NCBI GenBank assembly: GCA_965209055.1
Contig: OZ242374.1
Location: 224,001 to 288,000 of the forward strand
DNA length: 64,000 nt
Reading direction: 5' to 3'
From: Acidobacteriota bacterium
Lineage (GTDB): Bacteria > Acidobacteriota > UBA6911 > RPQK01 > JAJDTT01
Shown here: positions 40,449 to 50,875 of the stretch, piece after piece
Numbering within the stretch: the stretch's first letter is position 1
Layout: each line of letters opens with the position of its first letter
Position numbers and translations under genes: made by a program
Notes under the pieces: model-generated
The model's database searches: none
Seen by the model: the letters and a program-made list of their open reading frames with translations, nothing else
Told to the model about the DNA's origin: nothing

Positions 40449-41894
40449 TCAGAAGCCGACCTCAGTCAGAAGCTCTCCATACTCCGCGACGAGGAGATCC
40501 ACCGTTTCCGCCACGGGAGGCGCGGGAATATCGTAGGTTCTGACCGCCGCCTCCACCGACATGCCGCCCTGGGCCACCGTCTCGGCCGTGGGCATGTAGG
40601 CCAGAACCCCGTTGCAATACCCTCCGAACATGGTGTGCTTCGCCTTGGATCGTTTCTTGACCCCCAACCCGATCTCCACGAAGGGCTCTCCCGGCTGCGC
40701 CACCAATACGAAATCGTCCAGCCGGATGGCCACGATGTCGAACGACAACGAGTCTTCCCGAACGCCCGCCTTGACTTTATCCAGGACGCCTCTGGCCCAG
40801 ACCTCAACGAGTTGCGCGGGACAGACCTCGGTCGTATCGGCGCCGCTCTCCACCAGCTTTCGCACATTGGCGGCGGCTTCGGCGTATTGGGCTTTTGCCT
40901 GGTCCAGGGAGGGTAGAGGCTGCAGGGGAAGGTCAACCTGACGGCTGGCGGCTTTCAGGACCTTGTGGGTGGGGCCGTCCCTGAACTCCTTGTGGTAGAG
41001 GGCGATCCGGGAGAGCGAGAGGCCGCGTTCCCGGATTTCCTCGTGGGGCCGCGTCTCGATGCCGTAGAAGGCTTGCAGCGCGGCGGCGCCGACAATTCCG
41101 CCGGTGCGTTCCTTCTCGCCCCAGTCGCTCTGCAGAAACGAATAGCACGCCTGGTTTCCTGCGGCTCCGGTGAGGTAGAGGCAGGTGGCTCCGGTCGCCT
41201 GTTCCACGACCCGGCGGACGACGCCGGGAAAATCCTGGCTCAGCAGGTAAGTCTCGAAGCCCATGACCACCGGGTGGGCGGCATAGCTGGCCACCACGGC
41301 GATAGGGTTGCCGTCCAGATCATCCACCCGCAGCACGTCGACGCTATGGTCGGTGGTCCCGTCGGGATTCCGGCCGACCACGACGAGGCCATCCTCGGGC
41401 GCCCGTTCCTCCCGGTTCACGGCCACCGGGGCGTGGCCGCTTCCTGCCGCCGCACGCGCGGGTTGGCGGTCGCTGTCCGCAAGAGCCGCCAATCCGGCGA
41501 GGCGGTTCACCAGGTCCTCGACATAGGCGTCGAGGGCCCGAATCTCTGCCGGGTCGCCGGCGATGTGATGCACGCCACCCAGGATCCGGCGTGCGGTACA
41601 GGGACCGTTGTGGGTGTGGGTGCAACCCAGCGCCACGCAGCCGGGAGATATCCCCACGCGGTCGGCAATGGCCTTGCGGATCTCCGCGGCCAACGGCATG
41701 TCGAATCCGATCAGGTCGCAATCGATGACGACGACCTTGGTTCGCTCGTCGGCCAGTACCAGCGCGGTGGCCAGGAGCGGCGTTTCGACCCCCACCGAAG
41801 GATCCACCCGGCGCATGGCGCCCTCCATCCGGAAGCCCACGGGCGGCGTGATGTCGATGCGCGCAACCCCTGCCGTGAGATGCAGGTTGCTCAT
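40449..41894 (-). CDS. Neutral/alkaline ceramidase-like metallo-amidohydrolase
   Basis: AGVARIDITPP, CTHTHNGP, YAAHP, SQDFPG, GAAGNQ, PGEPF. Confidence 0.85.
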   Translation of the reverse strand: MSNLHLTAGVARIDITPPVGFRMEGAMRRVDPSVGVETPLLATALVLADERTKVVVIDCDLIGFDMPLAAEIRKAIADRVGISPGCVALGCTHTHNGPCTARRILGGVHHIAGDPAEIRALDAYVEDLVNRLAGLAALADSDRQPARAAAGSGHAPVAVNREERAPEDGLVVVGRNPDGTTDHSVDVLRVDDLDGNPIAVVASYAAHPVVMGFETYLLSQDFPGVVRRVVEQATGATCLYLTGAAGNQACYSFLQSDWGEKERTGGIVGAAALQAFYGIETRPHEEIRERGLSLSRIALYHKEFRDGPTHKVLKAASRQVDLPLQPLPSLDQAKAQYAEAAANVRKLVESGADTTEVCPAQLVEVWARGVLDKVKAGVREDSLSFDIVAIRLDDFVLVAQPGEPFVEIGLGVKKRSKAKHTMFGGYCNGVLAYMPTAETVAQGGMSVEAAVRTYDIPAPPVAETVDLLVAEYGELLTEVGF

Positions 41895-41963
41895 ATTGTT
41901 TCCCTCCTCGTATCTCGGACTTCAATCCACGATGCGATGGATCGATGCAAGACGATACCCCGT

Positions 41964-42764
41964 TCAGGTTCCTCTGACGGGGAGAATGCTCAGCATTCCG
42001 CCGTCCACGTCCAGGACGACTCCGGTCAGAAAGGCTGATTCCTCGGACAGAAAGAACAGGATCGCATGGACGATGTCTGCCGTGGTCGGATTGCGCTGCA
42101 ACGGGATCTCCGCCGCGGTTGCAGCCAGGATGTCTTCCGGAGCCTGTCCGCTGAGCTCGATTTTCCTCTGAAGAACGGATCGACCCATCCCGGTGGTGGA
42201 GACCCCGACCGGGCTCACACAGTTGACGGTCACACCATCGGCGGCGAGCTCGGCCGCCAGGGATTTCGTCAATCCCACCACGCCGGACTTGGCTGCACAG
42301 TAGGGAACGATCTGTGGGCAACCGATTCTGGCGGCATCCGAACCGATGTTGACGATGCGTCCGCGTCCGCTCCGGCGCAGCAGCGGGGCGGCGGCCTGGC
42401 TGCAGAGAAAGGTCCCCTTCAGGTCCACGTCGATGACGTGATTCCATTCTTTCTCCGTGATCTCGTCCAGGGGGGTCATGTGGATGACCCCTGCCGAGTT
42501 GATGAGCGCATCGAGACCTCCAAAACTTGTCCGGCAAGCCTCCACTGCGGTTCTTGCAGACTGTCTCGACGTAACGTCGAGCCCGATCGGAAGCAGATGG
42601 GGATGGTTCAGGGTCCGCGAAGCGCGCTCGAGTTTCCGGGAGTCGACGTCGCCGATGCCCACCTGGTGGCCGCGGTCCAACAACGCGCGGGCGGTCGCGA
42701 GTCCGAAACCATCTGCCCCGCCGGTGACCAGAACACGGCGCGGGTTCGACCGGTTGTCCAACAT
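41964..42764 (-). CDS. SDR family oxidoreductase
   Basis: TGGADGFG, INSAG, YCAAK, VDGG. Confidence 0.9.
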   Translation of the reverse strand: MLDNRSNPRRVLVTGGADGFGLATARALLDRGHQVGIGDVDSRKLERASRTLNHPHLLPIGLDVTSRQSARTAVEACRTSFGGLDALINSAGVIHMTPLDEITEKEWNHVIDVDLKGTFLCSQAAAPLLRRSGRGRIVNIGSDAARIGCPQIVPYCAAKSGVVGLTKSLAAELAADGVTVNCVSPVGVSTTGMGRSVLQRKIELSGQAPEDILAATAAEIPLQRNPTTADIVHAILFFLSEESAFLTGVVLDVDGGMLSILPVRGT

Positions 42765-42867
42765 GTCATCGACTCCGGAATCGGCCGGCGAGCCCAGGCA
42801 TGATAGGTCGGAGCGAACCACGGAGTAAAGGCGGGTAAACGAGCCTTTCCGTCAGGCGCCGCGGCGA

Positions 42868-42897
42868 TTGACAGTAATGAAGAGCAGGGTGTAAGCT
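42868..42897 (+). promoter_or_regulatory. Putative sigma70 promoter of the DUF1553/DUF1501 operon
   Basis: TTGACA, 18 bp, TAAGCT, with TG upstream of the -10. Confidence 0.5.
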
Positions 42898-43035
42898 AAT
42901 TGCCATATGTCCTAAGCCAATGTCCGGGTGTCCGGGTTTCAAAATACCGTGTGCCGTGGTCAGGTAAAACATCGGCGTCCCCGCAAAAGCTGGGTTAATT
43001 CTTCCCTTACACACGCCAATCGTTCAGTAAGGACA

Positions 43036-46000
43036 GTGTCCTATTCCGTCTCCGCAAGGCGGTTGGCGGCGGTGGTCTTTCCGGGTCTGCTGTTCTGCCT
43101 CTTGGGCGTTGCCCAGGCGGGCGCCCCGGGCAAGGTGGACATCAGTCCGGAAGCCCGGGAGTTTTTCGAGCGGAACATCCGTCCGGCACTAGCCGACAAC
43201 TGCTACGTCTGCCACAGTGCCGACTTGGCGCAGGGAGAACTGCGGCTCGATTCTCCCGGCGGCTGGGAGCAGGGCGGCAAGTCGGGGCCGGCCATTTTCC
43301 CGGGTGATCCCGACGCGAGCCTTCTGATTCGAGCCATCCGTCACCAGGGGCCAGGCCTGCCCATGCCCCTGGGCGGCGAGAAACTGTCCGCTGATCTGAT
43401 CGACGTCTTCGAAAGATGGGTGCGCCTGGGGGCGGCCGCTCCGAGAGACGCCGGCGGGCCGGGAGCGGATTCTGCGGACGAGGCTCATGCCGATTGGGAG
43501 CAGGTCTACCAGGACCGCAGCCGTTGGTGGTCCCTCCAGCCGGTCTCGCAACCACCGGTTCCGCAAGTCCAACGGAAGGAGTGGTCGGAAGAGCCCGTCG
43601 ATCGCTTTCTCCTCGCCAGGTTGGAAGCAAACGGCCTGACCCCGGCTCCGCGCGCCGATCGGCGCACCCTGTTGAGGCGGGTCAGCTATCTGCTGACCGG
43701 ACTGCCCCCGAAGCCCGGGGAAGTCGCCGCCTTCCTCCGGAATCCCGACTTCGACGCTGCGTACGCCCGGGAAGTGGACCGCCTGTTGGACTCGTCCCAT
43801 TTTGGAGAGGAGTGGGCGCGGCACTGGATGGACGTGGTCCGTTACAGCGACACCTACGGCTATGAAACGGATGCCGAGATCAAGGGTTCGTGGCGTTATC
43901 GCAACTACCTGATCCGCGCCTTCAATGAGGACATCCCCTTCGACCAGCTTGTCCGCGAACACATTGCGGGTGATCTCCTCTCGGAACCGCGAATCGATGC
44001 CGCCAGGCAGATCAACGAGTCCATGGTCGGTCCCACCTGGTTCCAGATGGGTGAGAATCGTCACGGCGACAGCCTGATGTTCAACGGCATCCACCAGGAG
44101 ATGCTCGACAACAAGGTCGACACCTTCTCGAAGGCGTTTCAGGCGACCACGGTCGCCTGCGCCCGCTGCCACGATCACAAATATGACGCCATCGCCCAGC
44201 AGGACTACTACGCTCTGGGCGGCGTCTTCATGAGTTCGCGCTGGGTGACCCACACGCTGGACCTCCCGGAACGCAACGAGAACGTTTTGGAGGAGTTGGC
44301 GGGTTTGAAGACGAAACTCCGCAGCCCGCTGGCGGACTGGTGGCTGGAGGAGGCGCGGCAGATTCCCCGGTACCTGTTGGCGGCGCAGGCCGTCGTCGAG
44401 GGCCGGATGGATCCGGCGCAAGCGGCGCAGGATCTGGATCGGGCTCGCCTCTCCGCGTGGGAGAAGGCGATCAGTCCCAGGCCCTTCGAAGGGCAGACCA
44501 CAAAACAGGACGAGGAAGAAGCGGCCGAAACGGCTGCTCGGGACACCATGTCCGGTCCTCTCTTTCCCTGGTTGGAAATCCAGGAATCCCTGCTTGAGGG
44601 TGAGCAACTGGAATTGGCCTGGCGGAGTCTCGCCGGGGAGTATTCGCAGGCTCGCCGGGAACGAATCGAGAACAACGCCAGGGACTTTACCCTCGCCGCC
44701 GACTTCAGCCGCAGAGACCTTCCCGAGGGATGGTCGGTGGATGGAGTCGGAGTGCGCCACGGTTGGGTCGAAGACGGCGATTTCACGGTGGCGCTCAAGG
44801 GTTCCGGGGCGGTGGGAATGCTCCTGCCAGCCGGAATGTTCACACACGCGCTCTCGCCCCGGCTCAATGGGGCGGTCCGGACACCGTTTCTGAATCATTC
44901 CGGCCGGTCCTACGTCAGCATGGGGGTGATCGGCGGCGACTACAGCGCTCACCGGCTCATCGTGGACAATTCCTTCCGGACGGAGCGGCAGACCTATCTG
45001 GAGGACCATCGTCCCCACTGGATCCGCCATTCGACCCTGGCGGATCACAGGACCAATCGTTCGCCGAGCTCCGACGAGTCCGCGGAGACTCGGATCTACA
45101 TCGAGTTGGCGACCAAGGCGTCGAACCCCAACTTCCCGCCGAGAGTGGGACTCGGGCCCGACATCTCGGCAGCCGAGGCCCGGGACGCCCGGAGCTGGTT
45201 CGGCGTGACCCGGGTGTTCCTGCACGACAAGAAGGAACCGCCCGCCGACGAGCTGGGCCGTTTCACGTCCTTGTTCAGCGGTGATGCGCCGGTCGATCTG
45301 ACACAACTCGCCGCCCGCTACGGAGAGTGGATTGCGGCGTCGGTGGAAGACTGGGCCGAAGGTCGCGCGGACGAAGAGGACGTCCTGCTGATCAATGGGT
45401 TGCTGGAAGCCGGACTGTTGCCGAACCAACTGCTGCCCGGCAACATGCTTGCCCGCAAAGAGATTTGGGACCTGGTCGCCTCCTACCGCGAGGTCGAGGA
45501 GAAGCTGGTCGACCCGGTGACGGTCCTGAGCATGGCCGACCTGGATCCTGGCCGCGACTACCGCCTCAACGTGCGAGGCGTCTACACGGATTACGGCCAG
45601 CGGGTGCCGCGCGGGCATATCCGGGTGCTGTCGGGCCAGTCCAGCGGTTCAGACCCCAAGGGCAGCGGGCGCCTGGAGCTGGCCCGGTTGATCGCCAGTT
45701 CCGAGAACCCACTCACGGCCCGCGTCTTCGTGAATCGGGTCTGGCACTGGGTCTTCGGTTCCGGAATCGTCCGAACCCCGGATGACTTCGGTCATCTCGG
45801 CGACCGGCCCTCTCATCCCGAGTTGTTGGACTATCTCGCCGGCCGCTTCGTCCAGGAAGGCTGGTCGGTGAAGAAGCTGGTCAGGATGCTGGTGATGACG
45901 GAGACGTTTCAGCAATCGAATCAGGCCAGCGCCCGGGCCCATGAGGTGGACCCCGTCAATCGGATGTTGCACCATTATCCGCTCCGCCGGCTGGACGCCG

Positions 46001-46569
46001 AGTCCATTCGGGACGCCATGCTCGCCGTCTCCGGACGTCTCGATCCTGAACTCCTGGGCGGATTCGTGGATCCCTACCGGCCCAAGAGCAAGGTGGTCAA
46101 GGCGGATCAGACCTATTTCTCAGGGCCTTTGGACGGGAACGGACGGCGCTCCATTTACCTCAGAAACACGATCATGGAGCCGTACAAGTTCCTGGAGACG
46201 TTCAACAAGCCCATTCCCAAGATGCCCACCGGCCGGCGTGACGTCACGAATGTGCCCAATCAGGCCCTGACCATGCTCAACGATCCCTTCGTTGCCGGGC
46301 AGGCCGAATTCTGGGCCCGCCGGTTAATCGCCGAATCGCACGGCTCGCTTGAGCAGCGGCTGACCGACATGTTCCGGCATGCCCTGGGACGGGAGCCGGA
46401 GGCGGGCGAGTTGACGACGTGGACCCAGGCGGTCCATGATTTCAATGCTCTTCACCAGAGCCACTCTGACGGGAGTCCGTCCTCGGAGGACCTCCTGCAG
46501 TCGGTGGCGGTCTGGAAGGACACGGCCCACGCCATCTTCAATACGACGGAGTTCATCTATGTACGCTAA
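43036..46569 (+). CDS. Planctomycete cytochrome c / PSCyt1-PSCyt2 (DUF1549)-PSD1 (DUF1553) protein
   Basis: CYVCH, WWSLQP, FGEEWARHWMD, CARCHDHKYD, NPLTARVFVNRVW, PSHPELLD, QALTMLN. Confidence 0.93.
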   Translation: MSYSVSARRLAAVVFPGLLFCLLGVAQAGAPGKVDISPEAREFFERNIRPALADNCYVCHSADLAQGELRLDSPGGWEQGGKSGPAIFPGDPDASLLIRAIRHQGPGLPMPLGGEKLSADLIDVFERWVRLGAAAPRDAGGPGADSADEAHADWEQVYQDRSRWWSLQPVSQPPVPQVQRKEWSEEPVDRFLLARLEANGLTPAPRADRRTLLRRVSYLLTGLPPKPGEVAAFLRNPDFDAAYAREVDRLLDSSHFGEEWARHWMDVVRYSDTYGYETDAEIKGSWRYRNYLIRAFNEDIPFDQLVREHIAGDLLSEPRIDAARQINESMVGPTWFQMGENRHGDSLMFNGIHQEMLDNKVDTFSKAFQATTVACARCHDHKYDAIAQQDYYALGGVFMSSRWVTHTLDLPERNENVLEELAGLKTKLRSPLADWWLEEARQIPRYLLAAQAVVEGRMDPAQAAQDLDRARLSAWEKAISPRPFEGQTTKQDEEEAAETAARDTMSGPLFPWLEIQESLLEGEQLELAWRSLAGEYSQARRERIENNARDFTLAADFSRRDLPEGWSVDGVGVRHGWVEDGDFTVALKGSGAVGMLLPAGMFTHALSPRLNGAVRTPFLNHSGRSYVSMGVIGGDYSAHRLIVDNSFRTERQTYLEDHRPHWIRHSTLADHRTNRSPSSDESAETRIYIELATKASNPNFPPRVGLGPDISAAEARDARSWFGVTRVFLHDKKEPPADELGRFTSLFSGDAPVDLTQLAARYGEWIAASVEDWAEGRADEEDVLLINGLLEAGLLPNQLLPGNMLARKEIWDLVASYREVEEKLVDPVTVLSMADLDPGRDYRLNVRGVYTDYGQRVPRGHIRVLSGQSSGSDPKGSGRLELARLIASSENPLTARVFVNRVWHWVFGSGIVRTPDDFGHLGDRPSHPELLDYLAGRFVQEGWSVKKLVRMLVMTETFQQSNQASARAHEVDPVNRMLHHYPLRRLDAESIRDAMLAVSGRLDPELLGGFVDPYRPKSKVVKADQTYFSGPLDGNGRRSIYLRNTIMEPYKFLETFNKPIPKMPTGRRDVTNVPNQALTMLNDPFVAGQAEFWARRLIAESHGSLEQRLTDMFRHALGREPEAGELTTWTQAVHDFNALHQSHSDGSPSSEDLLQSVAVWKDTAHAIFNTTEFIYVR

Positions 46570-47992
46570 AGGATGGAACGAATACCCACCCATCAGTCGC
46601 CGTGAATTGCTGCGCAGGACCTCCACCGGCTTCGGGGCCCTGGCCCTGTCGGCGCTGTTGGCCGAAGAATACGGCTTGGCGGCGCCGTTGATCGACGGCA
46701 AGACCCATTTCCCCGCCAAAGCGAAGAACGTCATCTTCTGCTTCATGGACGGAGGACCGAGCCACATCGACCTGTTCGACTACAAACCCATGCTGAATCA
46801 ACGGCAGGGCGAGGAGATCGGGAAATCGGCGGTCTCGGAAAAATCGCAATCGACGGCCGACCGGGTCTGGTTGGGGACCCCCTGGGAGTTCCAGCGGCGC
46901 GGCAAGAGCGGAATCTGGGTCAGCGAGCTGTTCCCCCATATCACCAAGGTGGTGGACGATATCTGCCTGGTCCGCTCCATGGTCGGTGAGGTTCCCCTCC
47001 ACGGCCAGCAGAATCTGCTGATGCACACCGGACGCCTCACGGGCCGGTCACCCAGCTTCGGATCGTGGGTCTCCTATGGGCTCGGCAGCGAGCGGGACAA
47101 CCTGCCGAACTACGTCCTGCTGGACAACGGACTGAGAGTTCCAAACGGCGGTTGGGAGAACTTCAGCAACTCTTTTCTTCCCGCTTCGCATGCGCCCAAC
47201 GTGCTGCGGGCGCGAAACCCGGTGATGGAAAACATCATGCCGGCGGATCATCCGGCCGTGCAGCGGCGCAAGCTCGACCTGCTCCGGGAACAGAGCCTCC
47301 GATTCGCGGCCAAGACCGGCGACAGCGCCATCGAGGCGGTGATCAAGAACTATGAAACGGCGTTCCACCTGCAGACGGCGATGCCGGAACTGGCCGACGT
47401 GAGCGGCGAGTCCGAAGCCACGCGCACGATGTACGGGCTCGACAGCACCAACGAGTACAAGAAGTTCTACGGTCTGCAGTGTCTCCGGGCCCGGCGGCTG
47501 GTGGAAAGAGGCGTGCGCTTCGTGGAGGTCGCCTGTCCCCTGACCCATGCCAACAACTCGCCCTGGGACCAGCACAGCAATCTGAAGAAGTACCACGAGG
47601 AAAACGCCATGATCACCGATCAGGGCGTCGGAGCGCTGATCCAGGATTTGAAGCAGCGGGGGCTGCTCGACTCCACCATCGTGCTCTGGGGAGGCGAAAT
47701 GGGCCGGACCCCCCATACCCCCAAGATCAAAGAGGGGATGGGAAGGGACCATCACGTGAACGGGTACTCGATTTTCCTGGCCGGCGGCGGCTTCAAACCA
47801 GGTTTCACCTACGGGACGACGGACGAATTCGGAAACTCGGTCGTCGAGAAGCCCACGTCGATCCACTCCGTCCACGCCACGATTCTCCATCAGCTCGGAC
47901 TGGATCACGACAAGCTGACCTTCCGGTTCGGCGGGCGGGACATGAGTCTCACCGACGTGCACGGCGAGATCCTCAAGGAACTTCTGATCTAG
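46559..47992 (+). CDS. DUF1501 domain protein
   Basis: SRRELL, GGPSHIDLFDYKP, ARRLVERGVRF, WDQH, GEMGRTP, GRDHH; overlaps the upstream stop. Confidence 0.93.
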   Translation: MYAKGWNEYPPISRRELLRRTSTGFGALALSALLAEEYGLAAPLIDGKTHFPAKAKNVIFCFMDGGPSHIDLFDYKPMLNQRQGEEIGKSAVSEKSQSTADRVWLGTPWEFQRRGKSGIWVSELFPHITKVVDDICLVRSMVGEVPLHGQQNLLMHTGRLTGRSPSFGSWVSYGLGSERDNLPNYVLLDNGLRVPNGGWENFSNSFLPASHAPNVLRARNPVMENIMPADHPAVQRRKLDLLREQSLRFAAKTGDSAIEAVIKNYETAFHLQTAMPELADVSGESEATRTMYGLDSTNEYKKFYGLQCLRARRLVERGVRFVEVACPLTHANNSPWDQHSNLKKYHEENAMITDQGVGALIQDLKQRGLLDSTIVLWGGEMGRTPHTPKIKEGMGRDHHVNGYSIFLAGGGFKPGFTYGTTDEFGNSVVEKPTSIHSVHATILHQLGLDHDKLTFRFGGRDMSLTDVHGEILKELLI

Positions 47993-48016
47993 GGACCGGT
48001 CGTCGTCCGCGGGAAA

Positions 48017-48922
48017 TCAGGCCAGGGACCGCAGCAGATTGCGCATCTTCACCGTTTCGGTGAAGACGTCCGCCTTGTCCAGGTCCATCCACCCCTCCAG
48101 GTGCTCGTATTCCAGGGACAGGAATCCCGTGTAGGTCGCCGAGGCGAGCTTGCCGATGATTCCGGTGAAGTCCAACGTTCCCTCGTCCCATCGAGCCTGA
48201 AGTTTTTCAGGGGCGGCCTGCCTGAGATGGACGTGGGCCGTGTAGGGGACGAGGGGGTCCACCTGCTCCTGAGCGTGGCCGAGACAGATGAAGTGGCCGT
48301 AGTCCAGGGTCAACTTCAATTCCGGATTGGTCTGCACGAAGGTCAGCGTGTCCAGGGGCGACTCCAGAATCGACCCGACATGGGCCTCGAACGTGGTGGT
48401 GATTCCTTCTTCCCGGGACATGGCGGACATGTGATGCAGCTCTTCCGCCGCGAGTGCCAGGGCCTTCTCCCGCGTCCATCCTTCCTGCACGATTCCGGGG
48501 AGCACCGTGACGGAAGGAATCCGGCAGGCCCTGCAGAACTCGATCACGGATCGGTAGTCTTTTCGATTCCGTTTCCGGACGCCTGCGTCTTTGTGGTTGA
48601 TGGCCCGTTCGTGAAAGTTGGCGGCGAAGTTGTAGTTGAGGTTGGAGACGGGAGCGCCCAGGTCCATGATCTCCCGCGCCAGTTTTCGGGGCCGGCGGAG
48701 GATCTGCTCGCTCGCCAACATCGGCGAATCGGGATTGCCCGGCACGGCGATCAGATCTGCGGCCCCGATCCCCAATGCACGATAAATCCGAAGCGCCTCA
48801 GGCAGGGTCGCGCCGACGAAGGACCAGGTGGAACCGCTTACGGGCATGGTCCCGGCGACGGTCAGTCCCCGCGTCCGGGACCGCGCCCGGGCCAGAAGGG
48901 AAGATGGCTCGGACCGCTCCAT
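48017..48922 (-). CDS. Sugar phosphate isomerase/epimerase (xylose-isomerase-like TIM barrel)
   Basis: FEAH, TLDYGH, HVHLRQ, GFLSLEY; start uncertain (48922 or 48848). Confidence 0.85.
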   Translation of the reverse strand: MERSEPSSLLARARSRTRGLTVAGTMPVSGSTWSFVGATLPEALRIYRALGIGAADLIAVPGNPDSPMLASEQILRRPRKLAREIMDLGAPVSNLNYNFAANFHERAINHKDAGVRKRNRKDYRSVIEFCRACRIPSVTVLPGIVQEGWTREKALALAAEELHHMSAMSREEGITTTFEAHVGSILESPLDTLTFVQTNPELKLTLDYGHFICLGHAQEQVDPLVPYTAHVHLRQAAPEKLQARWDEGTLDFTGIIGKLASATYTGFLSLEYEHLEGWMDLDKADVFTETVKMRNLLRSLA

Positions 48923-48944
48923 GTCGACTCCTGTCCGTTTTGGG

Positions 48945-50009
48945 TCAGGGCAGAGACTCGCGCACCATGGCGGTCCCGGCCACCAGCGCTTCCAGCTTGG
49001 CGTAGGCCACGTCGCGCGGCAGGAACCACATGCCGCAGTCCGGCGCTGCGCGCAGCCTTTCCGCCGGGACGACTTCCAGCGCATCCCGGAGGCGCCGGGC
49101 GATGTGTTCCGGTGTTTCCACCTGCCGCGAACCCAGATTGAGCAGTCCCAGGATGACCTCCTTGTCTCCGCAGTGACGCAAGAGGTCCGGCTCGTGACCG
49201 GGCTGTTCATATTCCAGGCTGATCTGTTGAGCGCGGGAACTGGCAATCGCCTCCAGTGCCTGCGCGTAGCGTGGATTCACCTGCTTCTTCCCGATCAGAG
49301 CGTAGCCGTAGCAGATGTGGACGGCGGTGGTGCAACGGATTCCCGCCAGGGCCACGTCCAGGGCCCGGGTTCCCCAGCGGCAGGCCTGGTCGGCCCGGAA
49401 GTGGAAATCGGGTTCGTCCAACTGCAGGACGTCGGCGCCCTCTTCATCCAGGGCGCGCAGTTCCCGGTTGATGACGGAAGCGAGGTCCATGCCCAGCGCC
49501 TCCTCGTCCGCGTAGAACTCGTTGACCAGGCGGGCGGCGGCCGTCAGGGGACCGATGACGGTCATCTTCACGGGACGCGAGGCATGCCGTTTCAGAAAAC
49601 GGAGATCTTCGAGGGCGGCCGGGCCCGGCCAGCCCAGCTTGTCCACGACCCGGGGAGCATAGGCTTGGCCCAGACGGCCTTTCAATGCCGGATCGAGTTG
49701 AATGAAGCTCATGTCCCGGTCATCCATGGACCACTGGCCCAGCCGGGTTGTATTGAGTCCGCGAAAACGAAGGAAATAGGAATCGAAACGATGCCGCCGC
49801 TCTTCCCCGTCGGTGATCACGTCCAGACCGGCGCGTTCCTGATCGGCGATGGCGAGGCGGGTCGCGTCATCCTGGGCGTCTTCGAGCACTTCCGGCTCCG
49901 GTCTCCAAAACGTATCATCGCCGTAGGGGGTCGTGACCCGGTGGTGACGAATAAGCCAGCGGGGCTTGCTGTAGCTTCCCACGAGTTGGGTCAGCAGAGA
50001 GCCCTTCAT
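48945..50009 (-). CDS. Single-barrel cobalamin-independent methionine synthase II family protein (MetE catalytic domain only)
   Basis: VGSY, GLDVITDGE, LQLDEP; Zn ligands in HICYG, LEYE and PDCG. Confidence 0.88.
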   Translation of the reverse strand: MKGSLLTQLVGSYSKPRWLIRHHRVTTPYGDDTFWRPEPEVLEDAQDDATRLAIADQERAGLDVITDGEERRHRFDSYFLRFRGLNTTRLGQWSMDDRDMSFIQLDPALKGRLGQAYAPRVVDKLGWPGPAALEDLRFLKRHASRPVKMTVIGPLTAAARLVNEFYADEEALGMDLASVINRELRALDEEGADVLQLDEPDFHFRADQACRWGTRALDVALAGIRCTTAVHICYGYALIGKKQVNPRYAQALEAIASSRAQQISLEYEQPGHEPDLLRHCGDKEVILGLLNLGSRQVETPEHIARRLRDALEVVPAERLRAAPDCGMWFLPRDVAYAKLEALVAGTAMVRESLP

Positions 50010-50187
50010 GCGGTTCATTCTCGGGTCCGGCGGTCCTGAAGGCAAGGAGCCTCCAAGGCGGTCGAACCTTGTGGTCGCCCTCCCGGGACCGTCGATTGAT
50101 GCGGGCACGTTGGAGGGTACCCACACAAGGGGGGTCCCCTACAACCGAACCACCAGAATAATGGGGGCAGTCTGGTGCCCGCTTCTT

Positions 50188-50216
50188 TTGACACGAATCG
50201 AAAGAAGCAATATACT
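50188..50216 (+). promoter_or_regulatory. Near-consensus sigma70 promoter of the RRM gene
   Basis: TTGACA, 17 bp, TATACT. Confidence 0.75.
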
Positions 50217-50420
50217 CTCGCCGTCTTGTTCAACAGAGGGCTCCACGGATAGCGTCGCAAGTTGTTGTTGAGAGCCCGAGCTAGTTTCATCCCTGCGAAA
50301 GACTCCCTAAGGAATCACCGATCGGATCGTGGAACCAAAGAGAATCGGGCCCGGCTCCTCTCCATTTGCAGTTGGCGCCTCAGGGTGGATGGCTACATTT
50401 CATGCATTTAGGAGGAGAAA

Positions 50421-50765
<345 letters not shown>

Positions 50766-50790
50766 GTTTCGACGGCGAAGCGTGATTCGG

Positions 50791-50843
50791 GGCGTTCCCT
50801 GGCTTCCGGTCTATGACCGGTGGCCGGGGTCGCCGGAATGCCT
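50791..50843. terminator. Long hairpin between convergent RRM and DUF1501 genes
   Basis: GGCGTTCC..CCGGTC-TAT-GACCGG..GGAATGCC nested stem. Confidence 0.5.
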
Positions 50844-50875
50844 CTCCCCCCATACATTTCTGCACGCAGGTCGGG

